Source of the DNA: Pseudomonadota bacterium
Lineage (GTDB): Bacteria; Pseudomonadota; Gammaproteobacteria; Burkholderiales; Burkholderiaceae_C
Reading direction: 5' to 3'
DNA length: 32,021 nucleotides
Assembly (NCBI GenBank): GCA_021798395.1
Contig: JAJZHS010000001.1
Location: 1-32,021, forward strand
Below, one piece after another: positions 8,536 through 16,605 of this stretch. The notes under the pieces were generated by a model, which was not told where the DNA came from, searched no databases, and saw only the letters and a program-made list of their open reading frames with translations. A program made the translations under genes and the position numbers. The number at the start of each line of letters is the position of its first letter. Position 1 is the stretch's first letter.

Positions 8536-9282
8536 ATGCCGACGCGCTCCGCAGGCCGCGGCCGGATGGCGACGCTGGGCATGGCCGTGGCGCTGGCCGT
8601 GGCCATCGCCGGAGCTTCCGGCTGGATCCTCGGCCGCCACGCCGCGCCGACGCGCGCAGCGCTTCCGGTGCTGTTCGACGCCCCGCACTACCGCGGCCTG
8701 ATCAATCAGAACGGCGACAAGGTGGCGTCGACACGCTTTCGCGGCAAGGTGCAAGTCGTGACCTTTCTGTTCCCGTACTGCACGACGTTCTGCCCGGTTG
8801 TCGCCGCGCACCTGGTCGGATTCGAGAACATGCTGGCGACCACGCCGCTTGCCGGCCGCGTCGACGTGGTCGCATTCGACGTGGACCCCGGCGGAACCGG
8901 CCCGCGCCAGATGCGCGCCTTCCTCTCCGAATACGGCTGGGATCCGGCGAGTCCGCACTGGCAGTATCTGACCGGGACCCCCGCGCAGATCCGACGCGTC
9001 GTCACCACGGGCTACCACGTCGACTACCGCAAGGTGGTCGATGCGGGACCTGCCGGCGACCAGGCCACGGCGGCGCTGGCGGTCGCCGGCAGCGATCCGC
9101 AGCCGATCGTCGCCAACCCGCTGGCCGACAAGGCCCACGTCGACTACGACATCACCCACGAGGACGTGATGATGGTCGTCGACCCCGAAGGTCGTGTGCG
9201 CCGGATCTACGACCAGGCGGACGCGGTGGGCAAGATGCGGCTGTTCGACGCCGTGCGTGCCGTGCTGGCGCCGGCGCACTGA
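8536..9282 (+). CDS. SCO1/SenC-family copper chaperone or thiol-redox protein
   Basis: N-terminal TM anchor, FPYCTTFCP (CxxxC), DVDP, WQYLTG and distal His (DITH). Start uncertain (8524, 8536 or 8566). Confidence 0.88.
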   Translation: MPTRSAGRGRMATLGMAVALAVAIAGASGWILGRHAAPTRAALPVLFDAPHYRGLINQNGDKVASTRFRGKVQVVTFLFPYCTTFCPVVAAHLVGFENMLATTPLAGRVDVVAFDVDPGGTGPRQMRAFLSEYGWDPASPHWQYLTGTPAQIRRVVTTGYHVDYRKVVDAGPAGDQATAALAVAGSDPQPIVANPLADKAHVDYDITHEDVMMVVDPEGRVRRIYDQADAVGKMRLFDAVRAVLAPAH

Positions 9283-9343
9283 CTCGCGTCGCGGCGGCTG
9301 ACCAGACCGTTGCGACGGAATCACAGCGCCCGCGCGACGGACG

Positions 9344-9372
9344 TTGACGGCGTGGCACGCAACGTCTAAGCT
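9344..9372 (+). promoter_or_regulatory. Sigma70 promoter of the transporter leader
   Basis: TTGACG-N17-TAAGCT. Confidence 0.7.
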
Positions 9373-9378
9373 GCGAAG

Positions 9379-9627
9379 GTTTTCTGTTTTGCCCATCCGG
9401 GCCAACCCCAACACCATGGACTGTGACCCTAGTCGATCTTCGCTGAGCGCCTGAACCAGGCCCGCGAGCGCTGACTGTCACAGTCCAGCCATCGCCAGCC
9501 TGGGAAGGCTGGTGGTGGCGCACGGGCGAGCCGCCGAAGCAAGCCCCAAGTCCACCTCCGTTCGTCGAACCATGCGCGCCTTGCGTGCGCGTGCGTGCGC
9601 GCCGTGCGCGCACGCAAGGAGGACATC
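9379..9627 (+). promoter_or_regulatory. Structured 5' leader (candidate riboswitch or attenuator)
   Basis: 11-bp stem 9417-9427/9477-9487; 13-bp stem 9488-9500/9507-9519 with two G-U pairs; 13-bp stem 9579-9591/9607-9619 covering part of the AAGGAGG SD. Confidence 0.65.
9416..9454 (+). CDS. Possible 12-aa leader peptide MDCDPSRSSLSA
   Basis: ATG...TGA lying on the 5' arm of the first leader stem; no clear SD. Confidence 0.3.
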   Translation: MDCDPSRSSLSA

Positions 9628-9696
9628 ATGCTGCTGTACACGAGCTACGAGACGATTCCCGCGCGCTGCGCGCTGCTGTGCGGAGGCCGCTCATGA
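9628..9696 (+). CDS. 22-aa upstream ORF MLLYTSYETIPARCALLCGGRS
   Basis: Strong AAGGAGG SD 5 nt before the ATG; its stop overlaps the transporter start (ATGA). Confidence 0.55.
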   Translation: MLLYTSYETIPARCALLCGGRS

Positions 9697-11078
9697 CCCA
9701 GCAAGCCCACGCCCTCGGCCTGCGCCCCCCCTGCCCCGAGTGCCCGGAACTGCCCGACGCGCTGGAACATCGGCTGCGCGACCGCATGCACCTGGCCGAG
9801 TTGCGCCGCAACGCCACCGACTGGAAAGGCCGCCTGGCGCTGGGGCTGGCGCTGATCGGTCCGGGCGTGCTCGTCATGCTCGGCGACAACGACGCCGGCG
9901 GCGTGGTCACCTACACCCAGACCGGGGCCACCTACGGGCTCGGCGTCTTCCTGCCGACGATGATCGTGCTGGGAATCGTCGCCTACATCGTGCAGGAAAT
10001 GACCGTGCGCCTGGGCGCGGTGACACGCCGCGGCCACGCCGAGCTGATCTGGAAGCGCTACGGCGCGTTCTGGGGCTGGTTCTCGCTGGTCGACCTGATC
10101 GTGGCCAACGTGCTGACCCTGATGACCGAGTTCGTCGGCATCCGCCTCGGCGGGCAGGCGCTCGGCATGCCGGCATGGCTGACCGTGCCGGGAGCGCTGC
10201 TGTTCGTCACCTACGCGCTGGTCGTGCTGCGCTATTGGACCTGGGAGCGCATTTCGCTGTTCATCGCAGCGCTGAACCTGATTTTCGTTCCGCTGGCCTT
10301 GATGGCCCACCCGGACTGGCACGGCGTGGCGCGCGCCTTCGTCGGCCACGGCTGGATGGTCCCGGGCGGTGTGCTGTCCATCACCTTCCTGGTGCTGATC
10401 TCGGCCAACATCGGCACCACCATCGCGCCGTGGCAGCTGTTCTTCCAGCAGTCGTGCGTGGTCGACAAGGGATTGCTGCCGCAGGACATCCGCGCCGGGC
10501 GGCGCGACCTGATGCTGGGCGTGATCGGCATGGTGGTGGTGGCGATCGCGCTGATCGTGCTGTCGGCGCAAACGCTCAAGGGCATCCCGAACGCGCAGGG
10601 ACTCGACGCCGACGTGATCCTGCACGCGCTGCGCGCCAAGCTCGGCGACGGCACCATGGCCCTGTTCGCGCTCGGGTTGATGGAGGCCGGGCTGATCGCC
10701 TCCATCGTGATCACCGCCAGCAGCGCCTGGGCGGTGGGCGAGGCCTTCGGCATCGAGCGCTCGATCAACGCCGCGCCGCGCGAAGCACTGGGGTTTTACC
10801 TGCCGGCGATCCTCGGCACCGCGGTCGCCGCCGCGGTGGTCATGCTTCCCGGGCTCGACCTAGGCTTCCTGAACCTGAGCGTCCAGGTCATCGCCACGGT
10901 GTTCATGCCCGCGGCCATGCTGTTTCTGCTCATGCTGCTCAACGACCGCGAACTGATGGGCAATCACGTGAACTCGCCCGCGCGCAACGCGGCGTCGATC
11001 GCCATCATGCTCGCGCTGATCGCCTGCAACGGCCTGTACGGCGTCGCCACGCTTTTCCCCCACGCGTTTGGAGGCTGA
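9693..11078 (+). CDS. Nramp-related divalent cation transporter, Mg2+-type (NRMT/NrmT-like)
   Basis: GPGVLVMLGDNDAGG (DAGG instead of DPGN), QEMTVRLGAVT, GTTIAPWQLFFQQS, LLMLLNDRELMG; many TM segments; GGAGG RBS. Confidence 0.88.
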   Translation: MTQQAHALGLRPPCPECPELPDALEHRLRDRMHLAELRRNATDWKGRLALGLALIGPGVLVMLGDNDAGGVVTYTQTGATYGLGVFLPTMIVLGIVAYIVQEMTVRLGAVTRRGHAELIWKRYGAFWGWFSLVDLIVANVLTLMTEFVGIRLGGQALGMPAWLTVPGALLFVTYALVVLRYWTWERISLFIAALNLIFVPLALMAHPDWHGVARAFVGHGWMVPGGVLSITFLVLISANIGTTIAPWQLFFQQSCVVDKGLLPQDIRAGRRDLMLGVIGMVVVAIALIVLSAQTLKGIPNAQGLDADVILHALRAKLGDGTMALFALGLMEAGLIASIVITASSAWAVGEAFGIERSINAAPREALGFYLPAILGTAVAAAVVMLPGLDLGFLNLSVQVIATVFMPAAMLFLLMLLNDRELMGNHVNSPARNAASIAIMLALIACNGLYGVATLFPHAFGG

Positions 11079-11079
11079 A

Positions 11080-11278
11080 CATGAAGCACCTGCGTGATTT
11101 CGACCACGACGCCGTGCATCGCCTGATTGCCGACGAGGGCTGGGACCAGCCGATGGCCGAGGTGACCCGCGTGCGCCTGTCGGCGCGCCAGCAAGCCGTG
11201 TTCTGGGGGCTGCGCGTGTACGTGGTGGCGATGACCGCGGTCGTGGTCTGGGCCTTCATGCACAACGCCATACGCTGA
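11080..11278 (+). CDS. Small single-pass membrane protein (65 aa), probable partner of the transporter
   Basis: GGAGG RBS, ATG just after the transporter stop; WDQPMAEV...LSARQQAVFWGLRVYVVAMTAVVVWAF. Confidence 0.75.
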
Positions 11279-11334
11279 CGCCGCGCGCAAGCCGGGCGCG
11301 CGGCCGCCGCCGCGAACGGCGGCACCACCACCTG

Positions 11335-11856
11335 CTAATTCAGGCGGTACGCGGCATGGCACGCCACGCAGGTCTGCATCATCTGCCCCAGCACGACCTG
11401 GGCCTTGCGCACGTCCCCGGTCGCTGCGGCATCTTGCGCCGCCAGCGCGAAGGCACCGGCCTGCCGGTGCAAGCGCATCCCGAGCGCGCGCATCGCCGGA
11501 GGCATGAAGCGCGCCTCCTGTCGGGCCTGGCCACCGTGCATCGACGACATGCCCAGCTTCATCGTGGCGATGCGCGCCGCTGTTTCCAGGTCGCCCGCGG
11601 CCATCGCCTGCTGGATCTCGGCAAGGCCCTGCAGGTGCCTCCGCATGGTGGCCAGCGTCGCGCGTTTCACGATGGGCGGAAAGCGCACCAACGCGCGACG
11701 GTGCGATCGGGGGCTGGCGGCGCCCGCCCCCTGCGTCCGCTCGCCGGAGCGACCCGTGCCTGCGCCCTGCGCCAGGCCGGCGGCGGAGACCGCGCCGCAC
11801 AGCAACAGCGCAAGCGCGGCGGCCCGCGACGCCTTTCCGAATCGATGCGTGTTCAT
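11335..11856 (-). CDS. Periplasmic monohaem cytochrome c (C-terminal CxxCH, class II-like)
   Basis: Signal peptide, helical body and CVACHAAYR at the C-terminus; starts 10 nt after the cheB stop. Confidence 0.85.
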   Translation of the reverse strand: MNTHRFGKASRAAALALLLCGAVSAAGLAQGAGTGRSGERTQGAGAASPRSHRRALVRFPPIVKRATLATMRRHLQGLAEIQQAMAAGDLETAARIATMKLGMSSMHGGQARQEARFMPPAMRALGMRLHRQAGAFALAAQDAAATGDVRKAQVVLGQMMQTCVACHAAYRLN

Positions 11857-11866
11857 GATGCCTGCC

Positions 11867-12976
11867 CTACTGCCGACCGTAGTCCACCATGGTAGACGGT
11901 ATGTCGTCGAGCGCCAGGCTGGCATCGATGCCGCCGAGCTTCACCGCTTCCTTGGGCATGCCGTACACCACGCAACTGGCTTCGTCCTGCGCGACCGTGC
12001 GGGCGCCGGCGTCGTGCATGTCCTTGATGCCCCGTGCGCCGTCGTCGCCCATCCCGGTCAGGATGATGCCGAGCGCGTTGCGCCCGGCGCATTGCGCGAC
12101 CGAGCGGAACAGCACGTCGACCGAGGGACGGTGGCGGTTGACCGGCGGGCCGTCGCGCACGTCGACGTGGTACTGCGCGCCGCTGCGGCGGACCTGCATG
12201 TGCCGTCCGCCGGGCGCGATCAGCACCACGCCGGGAATGAGCCGGTCGCCGTCGCGCGCCTCGCGCACATCGAGGGCGCAGATCGAGTCGAGCCGTTCGG
12301 CGAAGGCGGCGGTGAACTTCTCCGGCATGTGCTGCACCACGGCGATTCCGGGCAGAGTGCGCGGCAACTGCGTCAGCACCCGTTCGAGCGCGACGGTCCC
12401 ACCGGTGGACATTCCCATCGCGATGATCTTCTCGGTGGTGTCGACCAGCACGTGCGGCAGCGGCCGCACGACGCCGCGCGGCGCCGGCTCACCCGCCGCT
12501 GCGGCGGCCGGTGCCGGCCGGCGCGGCGCGGCGAGGCTGGCGGTGTTGGCGCGCGCCGCAGCCTTGACCGTGCGGATGAGGTCTTCGGTCTGCGCGATCA
12601 GGAAGTCCTTCAGCCCCACACGCGGCTTGGTGACCACGCTGACGGCGCCGCTGGCGAGCGCGTCGAGGGTGATCTGCGCGCCCTTCTCGGTCAGGGTCGA
12701 GCAGATCACCACCGGCAGCGGATGTTCGAGCATCAGCTTGCGCAGGAAGGTGATGCCGTCCATGCGCGGCATTTCAACGTCGAGCACCAGCACGTCGGGC
12801 CAGTTGCCCTGCTGCATGCGCTGCAGCGCGAACAGCGGGTCGGGCGCCGTGCCGATGACGTCGATTCCCGGGTCGCGCAGCAGCACGGCCTGCAGCACCT
12901 GCCGCACGACGGCGGAGTCGTCGACGATGAAGACCCTGATCTTCTCGGACCGGACCATCCGGCTGGCTTGGAGCAT
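11867..12976 (-). CDS. cheB: Chemotaxis response regulator methylesterase
   Basis: Receiver domain ([15 protein letters not shown]) plus [20 protein letters not shown] and LTGMGDDGA. Confidence 0.97.
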   Translation of the reverse strand: MLQASRMVRSEKIRVFIVDDSAVVRQVLQAVLLRDPGIDVIGTAPDPLFALQRMQQGNWPDVLVLDVEMPRMDGITFLRKLMLEHPLPVVICSTLTEKGAQITLDALASGAVSVVTKPRVGLKDFLIAQTEDLIRTVKAAARANTASLAAPRRPAPAAAAAGEPAPRGVVRPLPHVLVDTTEKIIAMGMSTGGTVALERVLTQLPRTLPGIAVVQHMPEKFTAAFAERLDSICALDVREARDGDRLIPGVVLIAPGGRHMQVRRSGAQYHVDVRDGPPVNRHRPSVDVLFRSVAQCAGRNALGIILTGMGDDGARGIKDMHDAGARTVAQDEASCVVYGMPKEAVKLGGIDASLALDDIPSTMVDYGRQ

Positions 12977-13002
12977 GGTGTGTCTCGAACGGTGGCGGGG
13001 CG

Positions 13003-13539
13003 TCAGCGCGCCGACTGCTCGGCATTCTGCCCCCAGAATTTGAGATAGGCGTCGCCGCTCCAGATCTCGAACAGCAGGTTGCGGTGACCTTCGCCGCCGA
13101 GGTGCTCGGCTTTCAGGCGCAGGCCGTATTGCTGCACCAGTTCACGGCCGCGCGACACGTTGCGGTTCGGCACGTCCATGCCCGACCGGCAGCCCTCGCA
13201 GCCGCTGGCGAACATGCGCCCGCCGCCGAACAGCTTGGCCTCGTATTCGCGCGGCGTCGTTCCGGCGGCGCGCATTTCGCGTGCGAACAGCAACATCGCC
13301 TCGTCGGCATAGCGGCCGTCGAGCGCGCGATGCGCGCCGTGGTGCGCTCCCCGGCCGGGGAGCATGTAATGGCACAGCCCGCCGATCTTCAGGCGCGGAT
13401 GCCAGACCGAGATCGCGACGCACGATCCGAGCAGCGTGCGCAGCCGTGTGCGCCCCTCGCCGAAGTGGAACTCGCCGGGCTGGAGGAAGACCTCCAGCAC
13501 GCCGTCTTCGGCGGCTGCGCTCACGGCGGACGAGAGCAT
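13003..13539 (-). CDS. cheD: Chemoreceptor glutamine deamidase
   Basis: [30 protein letters not shown] and HLGG; TGATG overlap with cheR. Confidence 0.93.
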   Translation of the reverse strand: MLSSAVSAAAEDGVLEVFLQPGEFHFGEGRTRLRTLLGSCVAISVWHPRLKIGGLCHYMLPGRGAHHGAHRALDGRYADEAMLLFAREMRAAGTTPREYEAKLFGGGRMFASGCEGCRSGMDVPNRNVSRGRELVQQYGLRLKAEHLGGEGHRNLLFEIWSGDAYLKFWGQNAEQSAR

Positions 13540-14339
13540 CAGGCGTCCTTGCGGTACACCGCGGGCTGCACCATCGTCAGCGGCACGTCGAGGCCGCTGA
13601 GCGATTCGGAGTGTCCGACGAACAGGTGCCCGGCCGGCCGCAGCATGTCGACCAGCCGGCGGCAGACCGCGCGCTTGGTATCGCCGTCGAAATAGATCAT
13701 CACGTTGCGCAGCACGATCAGGTCGAAAACGCCGCCCAGGTCGGGCAGCGGCGCGTTGAGGTTGACCATCCGGAATTCGACCCGCTCGCGAAGCTGCGGG
13801 GCGACGGCGAATTTTCCGGCGTGGGCACCCGTGCCCTTGAGACAGTGGGCCTTGAGGTAGGCGGGCGGAATGCGCTCGGCGCGCTCCATCGGGTAGACCG
13901 CGTTGCGCGCCAGGTCGATCACGCGGCTGGAAATGTCCGAGGCGACGATGTGCCACGGCCGCTGCCCAAGGCGCTCGGCCAGCACCATCGCGATGCTGTA
14001 CGGCTCCTCGCCGCTCGAGCACGCGGCGCTCCACACCCGCAGCGGCTGGCCGGGCGGCTGCACTGCGGCGATGCGCTCGGCGAGATAGGCGAAGTGCTGC
14101 GGCTCGCGGAAGAAGTACGTTTCGTTGGTCGTGAGCAGGTCGATGGCGCGTTGGCGTTCGGTGGCGTCGCCGCGGATGTGCTGCAGATAGGCGGTGAAGC
14201 TGGTCAGGCCGAGCGCCTGCAGCCGCTTGGACAGGCGGCCTTCGACCAGCGCCTTCTTCGAGGCGGCCAGGGTGATGCCGGCGGCGTCGATCATCAGCCG
14301 GCTGAACGCCGACATCTCGGACTCGGTCAGGCTGCTCAT
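13539..14339 (-). CDS. cheR: Chemotaxis methyltransferase
   Basis: LTTNETYFFRE, WSAACSSGEEPYS, RNVMIYFD and VGHSESL. Confidence 0.97.
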   Translation of the reverse strand: MSSLTESEMSAFSRLMIDAAGITLAASKKALVEGRLSKRLQALGLTSFTAYLQHIRGDATERQRAIDLLTTNETYFFREPQHFAYLAERIAAVQPPGQPLRVWSAACSSGEEPYSIAMVLAERLGQRPWHIVASDISSRVIDLARNAVYPMERAERIPPAYLKAHCLKGTGAHAGKFAVAPQLRERVEFRMVNLNAPLPDLGGVFDLIVLRNVMIYFDGDTKRAVCRRLVDMLRPAGHLFVGHSESLSGLDVPLTMVQPAVYRKDA

Positions 14340-14413
14340 GGCGTGCGGATTCGGAACAGGAAGCGGTCGAAGCGGTCCGGCGGGACCGCCTGGTCGCGAC
14401 GCGGACGCGGCGC

Positions 14414-14956
14414 TCAGGCGCCGGGGCTCCCGACGCGTGCCATGGCCGCCATGTCGTCGACCGAGAGCACCCGGGCGACGTCGAGCAGGATGATGAATCC
14501 GGAGTCGGTGCGCGCCATGCCGCGGATGAAGTCCTGCCGCAGGCCGGTACCGAATGTCGGCGGCGGCTCGATGTCGCCGGGCCCGACGTCCAGCACCGCA
14601 TTGACCGCATCGACCAGGATGCCGATGGACAGCGCGCCCTGGTCGGTGTCGACCTCGAGAATCACGATGCAGGTGCGCGGCCGCAGTTCGGTGGCGTTGC
14701 GGCCGAAGCGCTGCGCCAGATCGATCACCGGAACGACATTGCCGCGCAGGTTGATGACCCCGTGCACGAAGGCCGGCATCATGGGCACGCTGGTCGGCTG
14801 GGTGTACCCGAGGATCTCGCGGACCCGCAGGATGTCGAGGCCATAGACTTCGCCTTGCAGCGAGAACGTCAGGTACTGCCCGGGAGGGGCTTCACCGGCA
14901 GGCGGCAGCTGCGCCGCGGCCGGAACGCGGGCAGATTGGGCGATCGCGTTCGTCAT
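14414..14956 (-). CDS. cheW: Chemotaxis coupling protein
   Basis: QYLTF, VREI, GVINLRGNVVPVIDL and GILVDAV. Confidence 0.96.
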   Translation of the reverse strand: MTNAIAQSARVPAAAQLPPAGEAPPGQYLTFSLQGEVYGLDILRVREILGYTQPTSVPMMPAFVHGVINLRGNVVPVIDLAQRFGRNATELRPRTCIVILEVDTDQGALSIGILVDAVNAVLDVGPGDIEPPPTFGTGLRQDFIRGMARTDSGFIILLDVARVLSVDDMAAMARVGSPGA

Positions 14957-14972
14957 GGGTCTCTCCAGAAGG

Positions 14973-16580
14973 TCAGAATTTCACGAAGTCGCCGGCCGCC
15001 GCGCCGACCGGCGCCGGGCGGGCTGCGATTCCGCGCGGCGAGGACGCGGTGCGCTCGACGCCGGCCGGGTTCGGGGCCGGGGCCTGATCGTCGACGCGGA
15101 ACTGCCCGATCAGGTCCTGCAGCGTCGTCGCCTGGGCGTTCATTTCCTCAGCGGTGGCGGCGAGTTGCTCGGACGCGGAGGCGTTCTGCTGGGTGACTCC
15201 GCTGAGCTGGGCGACGGCCTGGTTGATCTGCTGCATGCCGGTGGACTGTTCATCGGTCGCGGCGGCGATCTCCTGCACCAGGCCGTAGTTCTTGGTCTTG
15301 AGGACGACGAGGTCGGCCAGCAGGTCCCGGGCACTCTCGGCATGCTTGACGGTCGAGCCCGCCAGCTCGCCGATCTCCTTGGCCGCGGCCTGGCTCTTTT
15401 CGGCGAGCTTGCGCACTTCGGCGGCGACGACGGCGAACCCCTTGCCGTGCTCGCCGGCGCGGGCGGCCTCGATGGCGGCATTGAGGGCGAGCATGTTGGT
15501 CTGATAGGCGATGTCGTCGATGACCGAGATGCGCTCGGCGATGGACTGCATGGCCGTGGCCGTCTCGCCCACGGCGACGTTGCTGTCCTTGGCGCGCTGC
15601 AGCACCTGCTGGGAGAGCGCGTCGGCGGAGGCGGCGTTGTCGGCGTTCTGCTTGATCGAGGCGGCCGCCTGCTCGACGGTGGCGGAGGTTTCCTCGACCG
15701 ATGCGGCCTGTTCGGAGGACGCCTGGGACAGGCTCTGCGACGTCGACGAGACCTGCGACGAGGCCGACAGCAGCTGATCGGATGAGGAGCGCACGGAGCC
15801 GATGACTTGGGTGAGGTGCTGGACCATGTCGGCCAGCGCCGCCAGCAACTGGCCGGTCTCGTCGCGCGAATGGGCATCCACCCGCACGGAGAGATCCCCT
15901 GCGGCGACACGCTGGGCCACGCCCACCGCCTTGGCCAGCGGAATCGTGATCGAGCGGGTGACCGAAACCGCCAGCGCGAAGGTGAGGACGATGGCGATGA
16001 AGCCTGCGAACACGCTCAGCCAGGTCGCCGCGTGATAGTCCGTCAGGCCGGCCTGGTACAGGGCACCGATCCGGCGGTCCTGTTCGGCCGACGTGGCGGC
16101 CATCACCGCGTTGAGTTCACGCACGATCGGGGCCGACTTCTGCAGGTACTCGCTGGTCGCATAGCCGAAGTTGCCCTGTTGCATCTGCGATTGGACATCG
16201 GCCAACGCGGTGCGGTTGCTCGCCAGCACGGCGCGTGTCTGGGCCAGCCGCTGCTGCATCGCCGGCGGCAGCGACATTCCCGCCAGTTTCTTCATCGCCG
16301 CGTTGGTCAGCGCGCGGTTGCGCTCGATCGCCGACTTGGTCGCCGCGGAGTACGTCTGCTGCAGCAGCGCGGTCAGAACGTGGCGGGACGTGCTCTGGTA
16401 GTTCTCGTGGATGCCGGAAAGCAGGCGCTGCGCGCGAACTTCGGTGGAGACGATGGTTTCGGTGTGCGCATTGATCCGCGCCATCTGGAAGATTCCGAAC
16501 GCGGTTCCGACGACGAACATCAGGGCGAACAGACCGAAGCCCAGTCCGAGGCGGCGGCCGATTTTCAGATTCTTGAACAT
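14973..16580 (-). CDS. Methyl-accepting chemotaxis protein (2 TM, helical sensor, HAMP; C-terminal pentapeptide DFVKF)
   Basis: [37 protein letters not shown] hairpin; HAMP (RDETGQL). Confidence 0.96.
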   Translation of the reverse strand: MFKNLKIGRRLGLGFGLFALMFVVGTAFGIFQMARINAHTETIVSTEVRAQRLLSGIHENYQSTSRHVLTALLQQTYSAATKSAIERNRALTNAAMKKLAGMSLPPAMQQRLAQTRAVLASNRTALADVQSQMQQGNFGYATSEYLQKSAPIVRELNAVMAATSAEQDRRIGALYQAGLTDYHAATWLSVFAGFIAIVLTFALAVSVTRSITIPLAKAVGVAQRVAAGDLSVRVDAHSRDETGQLLAALADMVQHLTQVIGSVRSSSDQLLSASSQVSSTSQSLSQASSEQAASVEETSATVEQAAASIKQNADNAASADALSQQVLQRAKDSNVAVGETATAMQSIAERISVIDDIAYQTNMLALNAAIEAARAGEHGKGFAVVAAEVRKLAEKSQAAAKEIGELAGSTVKHAESARDLLADLVVLKTKNYGLVQEIAAATDEQSTGMQQINQAVAQLSGVTQQNASASEQLAATAEEMNAQATTLQDLIGQFRVDDQAPAPNPAGVERTASSPRGIAARPAPVGAAAGDFVKF

Positions 16581-16605
16581 GGTTGTCTCTCTTGTTTGGA
16601 GTCCG

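Noticed and set aside
9379-9627. Assignment as an M-box or yybP-ykoY riboswitch
   Set aside because: I could not find their conserved sequence elements by eye, so it is reported as an unclassified leader.
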